Shown: positions 1-12,730 of the stretch, in pieces
How the letters are laid out: each line of letters opens with the position of its first letter
Numbering within the stretch: the stretch's first letter is position 1
Assembly: GCF_001194135.2 (NCBI RefSeq)
Contig: NC_069003.1
Coordinates: 25,598,399-25,662,398, forward strand
Direction: 5' to 3'
DNA length: 64,000 nucleotides
Source: Octopus bimaculoides
Taxonomy: Eukaryota
Program-made: the position numbers and the translations under genes
Notes under the pieces: model-generated
Seen by the model: only the letters and a program-made list of their open reading frames with translations
The model's database searches: none
What the model was told of the DNA's origin: nothing

Positions 1-296
1 ATGCTGGCATGGGTTGGATAGTTTAGATGACTGCACCAGGCTTCAGTGTGTTTTGGCATGGCTTTTACAGCTGTATGCCCTTCTTAACACCAAGCTCCCT
101 ACAGACTGGACTATAACACTCACTGATCATAAAACTATTGATCATAAATCATAAACCACTGATCAATATCACTGAAAGAATTTATTGTTTTATTTTTTTA
201 GGTTTTTTTTACACCACTGCCATTCCATTGATGTGTGAAACACAATGGGGCTACCATGTTGCATCTGTCACCATACTGAGGCCCTGAACAACATAC

Positions 297-324
297 ATAA
301 TTCAGCCTGCTCCAGTTTACTTGA
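297..324 (-). CDS. Candidate 28-nt microexon (exon 4) of unidentified gene, SSKLEQAEL
   Basis: Strong pyrimidine tract and CAG acceptor (ttttgtgcttttattttactcag), GTATGT donor; open in phase 0 and continues the preceding exon (...EELLTI|SSKLEQAEL). Confidence 0.35.
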
Positions 325-1329
325 CTGAGTAAAATAAAAGCACAAAACAGACATCACTCAATCTTACATGCTTGAGAGACTTTAGAAGAAGCAACCATCC
401 GGAAAAATTAGTCCAACAATAACTGCAGCTGACCCATCCATGCATGAAAAAATTGCTGTAAAACAGGTTTTAAAAAAAAAAAAAGAATAAAGAAACCCCA
501 GAAACATATCTACATATACTGGAACTTAAATTTTATAAGTATTTTAGTAATTGAGAGATCTCTGCTCCTGGATAGGATGCTAGTCTATCAAACACTTTGC
601 TTATGGGAGAAAGGAATAAACACAGCACTGCAGCCTAAACCCTTGTTCCTGCAAATACTATTTACATTGGTTGATGACCTGTATTCAACTATACTACTGA
701 ATCACAAATAGGTAGACTTGGTCAAATAATAATAAGCATTTTTTCTTTATTCACCACTGAGGGTTTATATAAAAGATTGGAGACAGCACAGGACAAAACA
801 ACACAAAAAGAACGGGATTTAACTGTATAAAATGATAATAACAATAATAAATAAATCCCCAAAAGAGCTTTTTGCTCAATGACTTGCACAAATGATTTGT
901 TAATAGTATTCAAATGTATGTGCTACACAATAGCTCACTCTCTACATCAAATCGATGTTGCATGAACAGGTGCACAAAGAACCACATGTCAGGTGTTGAA
1001 GTAATCACAGAGCAACACAAGATGAAATGTTTTGCTCAAGAACACAATGTGCCACCCAGTCTAGGAACTGAAACCATGATCTCACAACTCTGAGTGCAAC
1101 ACCCTAACCACTAGGCCATATGACCTATATAATAATAATAATAATAGTAATGATTTCTTTTATTGGCCACAAGGGCTTATGACATGAAGGACAATATCAA
1201 AGGAGGAGTTATGGCACATAAAAACAAAACCAAAATAAAAAACTAAAAACAGGTAGGGGTTTACATCGATCGAAGGGAGTCACTACCACATTAAAAGATA
1301 TAACAAAGGATATATAATAGAAATAAATA

Positions 1330-1362
<33 letters not shown>

Positions 1363-1971
1363 CCTTTCTGCTATGGGCACAAGGCCTGAAATTTGGGAGG
1401 AGCAGGATAGTTGATTACATCAACTCTAGTACTTGACTGGTACTTAATTTATCAACCCCGAAAGGACAAAAGGCAAAGTCATCCCCAGCAGAATTTGAAC
1501 TAAGAATGTAAAGACAAACTGCTGCTAAGCATTTTGCCCAGTGTGCTAATGGTTATTATTATTATTATTCGAACTGGCCCTTGTGCCGGTGGTATGTAAA
1601 TAGCACCTACTACACTCTCGGAGTGGTTGGCATTAGGAAGGGTATCCAGCTGTAGAAACTCTGCCAGATCAGATTGGAGTCTGGTGTAGCCATCCGCTTC
1701 GCCAGTCTCCAGTCAAATCGTCCAGCCCATGCTAGCATGGAAAGCGGACGTTAAATGATGATGATTATTATTATTATTATCATTATTGATCAAATTCCAC
1801 CCAGGTCAACTTTGCCTTTCATCCTTTCAAGGTCGATAAAAAAAAGTACCAGTGACTCATCGGGAACGATGTGATCAACTTACTCGCTCTCCACAAATTT
1901 CAGGCCTTGTGCCTATAGTAGAAAGGATTATTATTATCATGATATTAATAAAGTTGGTATTAGTAGTGGTA

Positions 1972-2015
<44 letters not shown>

Positions 2016-2896
2016 CACCATCATCAGTGACATTATCTCTGCTCTAAAATACAAATGGGATTGTCAAAGCTGGGATACCTTTCATTATAGGTCTGTTGGA
2101 TCACAGCTGACCTGGGGTCAAACACCATCACCAATAACAACATCAAGCTTCTATGCAGTTGCTTGGTCAGCTAGTAAAGGCGCACAGCTCAGTGGTTAGA
2201 ATATTCAGCTTACAATTTTTAAGGCTGTGAGTTCGAAAACCAGAGGCATGTTGTGTCCTTGAGCAAGGTACTTTATTTCACATTGCTCCAGTCCACTCAG
2301 CTGGCGAAAATGAGTAGTACCTGTAATTCAAAGGGGCCAGCCTTGTCAAATTCTACATCATGCTGAGTATCCCTGAAAACAGCTGGACACCTTCTTTGTC
2401 GTAACCGACAGAATGTCAGTTTTAATGTAGTTGCTTGGTTAGCTAGAAATACAAGTCAAATCTTCCACAAATAACACTCTACCCTCTATACCCTTTATAC
2501 AGTTAAATCCCGTTCTTTTTGTGTTGTTTTGTCCTGTGCTGTCTCCAATCTTTTATATAAACCCACAGTTCTAAATACATTGACTGGAAAAAAATAATAA
2601 TGGATTGTTATAGTATCGGGGATGATATGGGGCTGAACAACAGCAGTAACAACAACACCCATGTGATCTGCTAGAAATGGCAGCCAAACCTTCATCAAAT
2701 GATAAAATATATTCTCAAATAAAGAAAAGACTCATTGGATAATGTTAGTCCTAGACACACCACTAAACTGACAGAATGGGCATGGCTGGAACGCCTATGG
2801 TTAATCAGGACTTATCTGAAACTAAACAACATCAATCAAGATTGACCTGGGACTAAAACCCAACATCATTCAATCAATCAATCGATCAATACTTAC

Positions 2897-3004
2897 AATG
2901 GTCAATAATTCTTCTCCCAATTCCGTCTCCAAGGTTTGGATCTGGTCCTTCGCTGCTCCAGTGAGAACATGGCTGAACTTCTCACAGAGTTGGTTCCAGT
3001 AATC
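2897..3004 (-). CDS. Exon 3 of unidentified gene, DYWNQLCEKFSHVLTGAAKDQIQTLETELGEELLTI
   Basis: 108 bp, ttccattttcag acceptor, GTAAGT donor, only one of three frames open, phase 0-0. Confidence 0.7.
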
Positions 3005-4813
3005 CTGAAAATGGAACAGACACAAGAAACACATTGAACTCGGAACATTAAAGACGGATGAAATGCTGCTTAGCATATGGATAAGGTGGTTGTGTCTTGG
3101 ATGCTGATCATACTGGAGCACCACCTTGAAAGGTTTTAGTTGACTAGATGGACCTTCAGGGCTTTTATACTCACTTTATTTATCAAATGGCTAAGTTTAC
3201 CTGATCAGTTACATCATTTTAGTGAGTTACTTCATCTTTAAGCGATGTAAAAAACTGTTAAATATGGAAGTAGTGCATAGCTTGTTAGTAATAACAGGAA
3301 TGAAGGATGTTACTCCCAGACTATAACAGCACTAGGGATTTTACTAAAGCCCACCAAGAGCCAGATGGTGGTATTAAACTGGGTGAAATCTACCACCCAA
3401 CAACAAGAATAGTTACCCTGATGGGCTTTCCAAATAATTTTTGTCAATAAAATTTCACAGGTGAGAGTCAGTGTAGTAATAGTATGCCCATCGTTGCTTA
3501 ACTCCAGGATAGCCTTGATCCAACAGACCAAAGATCAAAAGCATACCAACTATGATCATGATCATCATCATTTACTGTTTGTTTTTCCATGCTGGCATGG
3601 GTAAGACAGTTTGACTGGAACTGATAAGCCAGAGAGCTGCACCAGGCCCCAGTCTGCTTTGGCTTGGTTGCTACAGCTCAATGCCCTTCCTAATGTTAGC
3701 CATTCCACAGAATGTACTGGGTGTCTTTTAAGTGTCCCAGCACAGGTGCCTGGACTAAAAAGGACCCCCATTGCTCATGAATGACCGTGGAATTGCATCT
3801 AGAAAGTTCCCCTCCGAGGCACAAGTCCGGGCAAGGTTGTATCATCTGATTTATGTTTATGGAAGGACAGCAGTTGCCCATGCATACTGCACCACCAATG
3901 TTATCCAAGGAAAAAGGCAAAGATCGGTAATGCTCAACACCAGTGATGTCACAACTTATTTCTACAGCTGAGTGAACGGGAGCAATGTGAAAAAAAGTGT
4001 CTTGCTCAAGAACACAACAAACAGCCCAGTCCAGGAATCAAACTCACTACCCCATGTGAGCCCAACACTCTAACCACTGAGCATGCCTGGACTACATTAA
4101 CTAATATGCCCATATGTTTTGCCAGCAGGAACCAAATGACCATGAAGGGGTTTGGTCCCTAATAAATGTGTTTAAAACCCTATAAATAATGTGAAGAGAA
4201 GGTCGCATGGGTTGACATGCTTTGTAACCATGAATTATGCTTCACCCTAGGCCAACACTTTGGTTCTACAGACCTGTAGATCAGATGATGCAACTTTACA
4301 AAATTTGAACATAACATGTTACAATGGTGGGGTAGAATGCAGCATATTTTTTTTTATTGTTTAATCAGGAGAGAAGGGCTTTGTGAGAAAGAGACCAGAA
4401 ATCTGTCCTAAATGCTTGCAACAAAATGAATTCAGCTAAAGGTGTCAAGGGCTGGGTGGAAGGGTATCAAGGATGGGTGATGGATAGACTTAATCCATCA
4501 TTAAGTTGGGCAATGGATTAAGACAAGGAAGCCAGGATTGGATTTCCAGGAGACAGACCCAATAAAATACAAGGTATACAGTCCAACAACGACCAGTGTC
4601 GCCGGTTAGCACTTTATCAACTCCCAAAGGATGAAAGGTAAAGTTGACCTTTGGTCGGATCTTAACTCTAAAAGGATTTGGAATAAATACCACAAGGCCA
4701 TTTTGTCCCATACTTAATGACTCTGCTAAAGTTACTGTCAAGTGATTTAGAGTTGGGGGTAAAGCAACAAAAACAATAAAAAAGACTAAATGCAAACACA
4801 AAAAAGAAATATA

Positions 4814-5037
4814 CAGTAATCCCTCATCATATTGTGGTTCACCTATCACAGTTTATTATTTAAGCTTATGTCAAATTCCTCTGTGGTGTTGCTTTGCATT
4901 TATAATAAAATAAGTATATACAAATTATAAAAATAATATAAAATAACATACAGTACAGTACTGTTTCTACTTTGCGGATTTTCACCTATCGCAGGGCTTT
5001 TTGGAATGTAACACCCACGATAGTCAAGGGATTACTG
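4814..5037. mobile_element. Tc1/mariner-pogo (Tigger-like) MITE
   Basis: Terminal inverted repeats CAGTAATCCCT / AGGGATTACTG flanked by TA on both sides. Confidence 0.7.
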
Positions 5038-5067
5038 TATATCAAATAAACATAAAAATGGTCTCAC

Positions 5068-5116
5068 CACTTCTGTGATGTCTCCAGTCTGGAATTTGTT
5101 CTGAAGATCTTTTACA
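5068..5116 (-). CDS. Exon 2 of unidentified gene, (I)VKDLQNKFQTGDITEV
   Basis: 49 bp, ttcttgttcttctctag acceptor, GTGAGA donor; its phases (2 in, 0 out) join exon 1 to exon 3 without a stop. Confidence 0.6.
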
Positions 5117-6269
5117 CTAGAGAAGAACAAGAAACGAAAGTTGGTTAGTTCACATAATTCTGTAAGAAGCACAGGACCAGTTTCCCAGGTATATATATAT
5201 TCCTCCCTAGACAAGATGCTGGTCCATTGCAGGATTACTCATTTTTACCAGCTGAGTGGACTGGAGGAGTATGGAATGAAGTGTTTTGCTCAAGAATACA
5301 ACACCTCACCAGGCCCAGGAATTAGAACGACAACCTTACAATCAGGATTCCAACACCCTAACCACTAAACCATGTGCCTCCACATGCATCGGAATGTTCT
5401 GTGTAAACCAGAGCAAAGTACAAGCTGGCCCTACTGCCTGGTGAGATTCAAGAAATGATAGAACGAACTGACATAAATGTGTTTTATGTGTGGGAGAAAA
5501 AGAGAGGTTATGATAAAAGGTGAGACTCCTCAGTTAATACATTCATCACCAAGAAAGAAGAATTGGTTATGTCCCAAGGGTATTTCTAAATTATTGAAAT
5601 CAATTTTTAAATTAGTCAAAGAAAATGAGAATAAGTAAAGTGAAATACTGTTAAAGTAATTTTCATCATCATCATTGTATTAATGTATATTCCTTCAAGC
5701 TTGCATAGATCAGATGGAATTCAACTAGGCAAATTTTCCGGAAGCTGGGTGCTCTTGCTATCACCCACCCTCACCTGTTTCCAAGCAAGGTAATACACTA
5801 TTTTGAGTGTGGCCGTTGCCAGTACCGCCTGACTGGCCGTCGTGCTGGTCGCACGTAAAAGCACCCACTACACTCTCAGAGTGGTTGGCGTTAGGAAGGG
5901 CATCCAGCTGTAGAAACTCTGCCAAATCAGATTGGAGCCTGGTGTAGCCATCTGGTTCACCAGTCCTCAGTCAAATCGTCCAACCCATGCTAGCATGGAA
6001 AGCGGACGTTAAATGACAATGATGAATGAACATGATTTCAAGAAAAATTGGGAACAAATGACACTGCATGTATAATGGTGACACTTGTTTACAACTATCA
6101 TGTGATGTCAAAACAAGGCAACACACACGTGTATGTATATATATATATATACATCTTAGGTCGAATCAAAAGTTGTTTTCAGATTTTCACTGACAATTTT
6201 TGGTACCTTGTATCTTATATTAATTTGATACAACTTGAGGTCTAATCATTGCTGAATTGTTTATTATTT

Positions 6270-6430
6270 TACAGCTATGATAATGAGTGATGAAAAAAAT
6301 TTCCAATTAGAGCCTCTTTACGCTACCTGTGGAAAAAAGGACAGTGCCAGAGCAGCAGCAAAAGAAATTAATAATGTGGAAGGCTCAAGAACTGTTAATG
6401 AATGTGTAGAATAAAACCAGCATTGGTTAA
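6270..6430 (+). mobile_element. Degenerate mariner transposase N-terminal fragment
   Basis: Translation ARAAAKEINNVEGSRTVNECV resembles the mariner HTH region (A.EAARNI..VYGE..V.ERT); contains stops. Confidence 0.4.
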
Positions 6431-7906
6431 TTGAAGACACATACAGTATAACCATGCCCCAGCATACATTGCTAATGCGACCAGGTGCAAACTTGAGAAA
6501 GCGGGAGTGCTGCCTTACCCTGGATACAGTCCAGACCTTGCACTATCAGATTACCTTTTCCGAGCCAACAATGTGGATGAGGTTGAAAATAGGTGTAGGG
6601 AATTTTTTGCCTCTAAACCAGCCAAGTGGTATAAGTGTGGAATTGAGCTTTTTGGTACAATAGTAACAGACAACAGAATTTGATGGGATATATGTTGCTG
6701 AATAAAGAATAAATACTTTTCATATGTAATTTGTCTCGACTATTAATTAAAGTTTTAAATATTAAAAAAAAACTTTTGACTCAACCCAGTATATATTTAT
6801 TTATTTATTTATTTATTACTGAAGACTTAACCTGTCTGGTACAGTTGTACACAGTACCCAAAGTCTGCTATAAAGTGGTTGGTGATGGGAAGGTTATCCA
6901 GCTGTAGAATCCCAATAAGAAATGCTTTGAATATTGTGATGACCTGTCCAACCCATAGCAGCATGGAAAGTGGATATAAAAATGATGATGATGATATATG
7001 GAAGGTTATTGATGTGTCTGAAGGATAAGTTAGAGAATGGAAATGTCAAGTAACTCAAGAAAAAGGAATAAGTGATGAAGTTTGATTTCAGAATGATGGA
7101 TCTCACAATGAGCATCTTGAACAACAGTAACAAGTGAGGAGACATTCAAATATTGGTTTCAAATTTTGGCACAAGGCCAGCAGTTTCAGTGGAGAGGATA
7201 AGATGACTAGATCGACCCTCAGTGCTCAACTGGTACTTATTTTATCAACCCCAAATGGATGAAAGCCAAAGTCGACCTCAGTGGAATTCGTGCTCAGAAC
7301 ACGAAGACAGACGAAATACCGCTAAGCATTTTGCCCGGTATGCTAACGATTCTACCAGAAAGGGATCAACTAGAATATTCAACGTCGTAACCAACGGAGT
7401 GCTAGTTATTATCAATAGAGAACTGGATGTATATACTCAGGGCTAAGACGCCAGGTAATGATGAAACTGATAGCAATACCATGTAGATATGAACACTGTA
7501 ATGTGTATAAAATCGAATCAATCGTATATTTGAATAAAGACTATATTAACGATATATATACGGAGCGGGCGTAGTAAGAAGTTCTGGGTTCAGTCCCAAC
7601 GTGTGGCACCTTCAGCAAATGTCTTCTACTATAGCTTCAGGCAGACCGGAACCTTTTGAATGGACTTGGTAGATGGAAACTGAAAGCTCATTGTATAATG
7701 TGTAACTTCGTGCTCCACCATCGCTTTACAACCGGTGTTAGTGTGTTTATGTCCCCGAAACTTAGTGGTTCGGTATAACGGACCGATATAATAAGTACCA
7801 GGCTTTAAAGAAATAGTCGATTCGTTCGATTAAATCCTTGAATGGCGATGACGCTGAATGGCCAAAGTCTAATGATTGAAAGTAAAAGATAAAAGCTATA
7901 TATGTA

Positions 7907-7970
<64 letters not shown>

Positions 7971-7979
7971 GTACACATA

Positions 7980-8660
7980 CAGGGTGCGATGGGTAGATTG
8001 TCGCCATTTTATATTTTTAATTGCGCGCATGCGCATTGTTTTTGATTTCGTCGACTACACAGTATGGTAGGGTCAGTTGGGCACCGTCTGTGAGAAAAAC
8101 AGCACCATGACGCAATTCACTCTGCCGGAAATTTGATAACGACATGCTGTACTGCTTAGCATTCGCGCCGGAAGTTCCAATACGAACATTCCAGAGTGTT
8201 TGGGTGTCAATCTGAGTGAAGAGGGTGACTGCTGGAAGACCCTATGTCTGGCAACAGGACTCTGCACCATGCCACACAAGTAGAAGGACCCAGTCATGGC
8301 TGTCAGACAATTATTGCGACCACATCACCCCTAACATCTGGCCACCTAACTCCCCAGACTGCAACCCCCTTGATTATTATGTGTGGGGCACAGTTGAGCA
8401 AAAGATCAACAAAACTCCTTGTAACACCAAAGATGAACTGAAGGTAAGGATTATGGCAGCATTCACCAATTTAAACAAGGAGACCGTCCAGAATAGTTGC
8501 AGGAGATTCCGAAGTCAATGATGATTTTATTGAATAAATTTACTCCTTAGTATTTCACGATATTTTTATGTAACTTTAGTAAATATATCTGTTAAAATGA
8601 GTTGTCAGTGTCATTTTCATTTTTGCGTAATTTAGACGACAGTTTATTCACCGCATCTTG
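7980..8660 (+). mobile_element. Internally deleted DD37D (maT-type) Tc1/mariner element
   Basis: TA-flanked, degenerate TIRs (cagggtgcg.. / ..cgcatcttg); ORF 8216-8521 has QQDSAPCH...WPPNSPDCNPLDY with 37 residues between the last two Asp; N-terminal remnant from ATG 8107 with stops. Confidence 0.85.
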
Positions 8661-9769
8661 TATATATATATATATATATATTTATATATTAGATATATAT
8701 AGATCATTTCCATTATTTGAGTTACCATTTCAGATAATCTCCATAAGATAAAACCCCATTTATAAAGATGTGGTGTTATGCAGAGCGAGAAAGACTAACA
8801 AGTGTTATGTGTTCTATACAGTCGTTAATTAGTTACTTCAGTCCATATAATGTTACAACTTTCGTACCATTTCCGCTTTTCTGAAAAAAGAGCCTCTACG
8901 TGGTCGGTCAAACTGGTAGAAATAGCAACTCGATCCCTCTTAAATCACACTCAACTGCCTTAAAAGACAAATATATATTATAATAGGGACCCAGACAAAC
9001 CTGAAAAGAAAAAAAAATACTAGAAATGTTTTTAATCGTAGGTCAGTTTAAGCAGGGCTGCGTCGCAGTTAAACAAATTAAACAGAAAGCTGGATCATTT
9101 AAAGCTAGATTCGGTTTCGGTTCTCATTTTAAATAGTTTAATTTATTTATATTATTAATGCCATTGAGAAAGGAATTGCACCATGGATTCCCACTTTTTT
9201 CTTCTATTTCCTTGAAATCTCAAGTTTAGTGATTATAAATACTGTTGTTTGTTTACTTTTTCCCGCGTTATTGTTACAAATTTTGGTAGTGTGCATATAT
9301 AGATACGCAAACGTGTGTGTTTGATACTATTGACTCCGAGTACAGTCATTTCCATGCAACACATAAATATTCTTTGTAAATTGAGCTTAAAAGTTTTGGC
9401 GATCTTTCGCTAATCATCATTCGGTAATTATAAGAGAGTTGACCAAGACTAGAATTCCGTGAATTAAGTTTTAACATGTGTGTACAGATATACATACATA
9501 TACATGCATATACGTATATTTATAAAATATACACACGATATAAAAACAAAGTCAACAGATATATGTGACTGTTTGTATCAAAGAATATATATGTATAAAA
9601 TCGGTGTATGTGTTATGTATAAAATTATATCCATGTGCATTTCAGTCTTTCTGTGAGGTCTTAAACGCTAGAATTCGGGTTTTTGTTCGGCAATTTTGAA
9701 TGAAGATCGCACCAACTTTTAATATTCAATACATATGATTTTTATTAAATAAATCAAAATCGGACTTAC

Positions 9770-9840
9770 ATTTTATTGGATTCCCTAAGTTTTGGCGAAG
9801 ATATTGTAGTCTTTGAGATTGATGAAGTCCTAGAAGGCAT
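9770..9840 (-). CDS. Probable first coding exon of unidentified gene, MPSRTSSISKTTISSPKLRESNK
   Basis: ATG at 9840-9838, GTAAGT donor at 9769, phase 2 matches exon 2; CpG-richer sequence just upstream (9900-10030) fits a 5' end. Confidence 0.55.
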
Positions 9841-10979
9841 TCTGGTGTTTTGTTTTAGATCGTGAAAGGTGGTGGTGGTTTTAAAAACAGCTTAGTGCCC
9901 CCCACAAAAGAAAGCGGACTGTGAAAGAGGGAGATGTCGGAGGCAACGATTAGTGGTCGGCGAGGGAGAAAAGAAAAAAAGTTTCCAGAAACACACCACA
10001 AAGAATAAAAAGACGCGCACACATACGATATATATATATACACAATCAAATAATAACAAAAACAAAAACGAGAAGTTTACTTAAACTTCTGAAATTAATC
10101 AGAAGAAAATAAATAACATTGTCCTCANNNNNNNNNNNNNNNNNNNNNNNNNNNNNNNNNNNNNNNNNNNNNNNNNNNNNNNNNNNNNNNNNNNNNNNNN
10201 NNNNNNNNNNNNNNNNNNNNNNNNNNNNNNNNNNNNNNNNNNNNNNNNNNNNNNNNNNNNNNNNNNNNNNNNNNNNNNNNNNNNNNNNNNNNNNNNNNNN
10301 NNNNNNNNNNNNNNNNNNNNNNNNNNNNNNNNNNNNNNNNNNNNNNNNNNNNNNNNNNNNNNNNNNNNNNNNNNNNNNNNNNNNNNNNNNNNNNNNNNNN
10401 NNNNNNNNNNNNNNNNNNNNNNNNNNNNNNNNNNNNNNNNNNNNNNNNNNNNNNNNNNNNNNNNNNNNNNNNNNNNNNNNNNNNNNNNNNNNNNNNNNNN
10501 NNNNNNNNNNNNNNNNNNNNNNNNNNNNNNNNNNNNNNNNNNNNNNNNNNNNNNNNNNNNNNNNNNNNNNNNNNNNNNNNNNNNNNNNNNNNNNNNNNNN
10601 NNNNNNNNNNNNNNNNNNNNNNNNNNNNNNNNNNNNNNNNNNNNNNNNNNNNNNNNNNNNNNNNNNNNNNNNNNNNNNNNNNNNNNNNNNNNNNNNNNNN
10701 NNNNNNNNNNNNNNNNNNNNNNNNNNNNNNNNNNNNNNNNNNNNNNNNNNNNNNNNNNNNNNNNNNNNNNNNNNNNNNNNNNNNNNNNNNNNNNNNNNNN
10801 NNNNNNNNNNNNNNNNNNNNNNNNNNNNNNNNNNNNNNNNNNNNNNNNNNNNNNNNNNNNNNNNNNNNNNNNNNNNNNNNNNNNNNNNNNNNNNNNNNNN
10901 NNNNNNNNNNNNNNNNNNNNNNNNNNNNNNNNNNNNNNNNAAATATATATATATATATATATAGATATATATATATATA

Positions 10980-11144
10980 TTAAAATTGAGGAAGACCGGT
11001 TTATGGGATTAACTTAGGTTTCCCGCCCACAAAGGGTTTAGCTATGACGTATCGTCAGATCCCAAAAACCTGTTGGTCCATAACCTCTTAAAAATGGACG
11101 GGAAACCTAAGGTAATCCCATAAACCGGCCTTCCCCAATTTTAA
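10980..11144. mobile_element. TA-flanked MITE with about 50-bp TIRs
   Basis: ttaaaattgaggaagaccggtttatgggattaacttaggtttcccg matches the reverse complement of 11099-11144 with few mismatches. Confidence 0.7.
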
Positions 11145-11862
11145 TATATAGGGGAAACCGGGGCAAGATGGTCCACTGGGGTAAAACGGACCAGCTCCAT
11201 TTTAGACATCTAAATGGGACTTAACAGTCGTGAACGTTTCCTAATTCAAACTTACTTCCCTTCGATATCACGTCCCCAAGAGTTTCATTTTGAAGATTCA
11301 ATAAACAGTTACCAGGGTAGCAAAATTAAGACCCGTTGAGACCCTAAGCACTTAAAAGATTTTGGTGCCCCCATGAAAGATTATGTAATTCAAAATATAA
11401 ACAATAACAAACCATAAAATAAATTTTTACTTTTCAAAACAAAACGGTAAGATGGAAAATAATGTTTATTTTTGTATACTTCCACTTTATTTATATTTGA
11501 AAAGTTACCTCCTACTTTTTTGAAATGCTAAGTCTTTGATCAGATCCTCAAAATTAATTTTAGGTAACACATTTGCATCTATACTTAGTAGAGATAACGG
11601 CATCCCAAATATTATTTTAGCAAGTTTAAAATGATTTCTTTCGTGCCGTAAACCATTTACCATTTCTGTGGTGCCCCCTCCTTCCCTTGATGCCCTAAGT
11701 ACATATTTCTTTTGCTTAATGGTTAATCCAACGCTGATTGTGATGTTGGAAATCTTTCCATATCATCAGCAGGTATCTCAGGGTCACAAGCATTTTGCTC
11801 CTTAACCTGTATGCTTCACCTGAGTGAGGCAGCAAGGACTGAGCTAGTTTTCACCTACTGAA

Positions 11863-12058
11863 GGATTCCACTTTTGGTGTCTTTTCAACCATATCCAACT
11901 GGAGATGGTTTCAACTGCTGTGCCTATTTCCTTGGTAGCTTTCTTTAGTTTGCCTGGGTTCTAGACCTATCTTCTGCAGGAAATTTCTACATTGTCAAAT
12001 AAATCCTCAGCCAATTGTTCTAACTTCTTTGGCCTTTTTTAAGCATTCATTGATCAAA
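11863..12058 (-). mobile_element. Non-LTR retrotransposon C-terminal (restriction-like endonuclease) fragment
   Basis: Minus-strand translation LINECLKKAKEVRTIG*GF...LQKIGLEPRQTKKATKEIGTAVETISSWIWLKR resembles the GCRGF...AS.WLWLKR end of RLE-type LINE ORFs. Confidence 0.45.
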
Positions 12059-12419
12059 GCTGATTAGAAAGAAAAATTCGTTTTAGCTTGACCTTATTTA
12101 GCTACATAGAATATAAATACGAAAAGCTAAATCGTTTTCTCCCTCTTTGGATCAACCTGCCTCATGGTCAAAGAGGAACTCTTTCAGTATGCTGATAAAC
12201 ATAGAATAGATTTATTATCCTTTCCATCTACCTACATTCCTCTTACTCCATCTTTTTCTAGTAGTCACTGAGATGAAACTAACTTCTAACTATTATGCAA
12301 AATGAACTGGAGATCTACAAATAACTTGTATACAGAAGCAACTATAAAAAGTTATTTTCTATTTTATAACAACTTACATAATAATCATCTTAAATGGCCA
12401 TCTTTATAATCAATGAATA

Positions 12420-12730
12420 ATGTCATTCTTTAATCATATCACTGACTCCTTTACCTGCACTTCTAGCAACATCATCTCCTGCTCTTTTTGCCCTTCTCTG
12501 TACATTGGTCAAACAGGACGCTGCTTGGCTGACCAGTTTGCAGAGCACCTCAGAGACATTAGGCTCAGCAATGAGACCTCAATCTTGCACCATGTCCGCT
12601 TTACCAGTCATTTGTTACAACTGTCTGTGTTTGGATTGTCTTTGCATAGGGGCTATCCGGACTCCTGCCTTCATCATGAAGAGGAATTAACCTTCTCTCT
12701 TTGCTCCTTTGCACCATATGGGCTCAACTC
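12420..12730 (+). mobile_element. Penelope-like element GIY-YIG endonuclease fragment
   Basis: FTCTSSNII...SLYIGQTGRCLADQFAEHLRDI...LSVFGLSLH...PYGLN, typical of the PLE C-terminal endonuclease. Confidence 0.8.

Noticed and set aside
1852-2199. ORF with poly-Val, and many YIYIYI / CVCV ORFs elsewhere
   Set aside because: Translations of (GTA)n, (TA)n and (TG)n microsatellites and SINE sequence.
10119-10964. Long ORFs made mostly of X (also near 17635-18342, 22858-23585, 44402-44974, 46961-47557, 61015-61333)
   Set aside because: Artefacts of translating through N-gaps.
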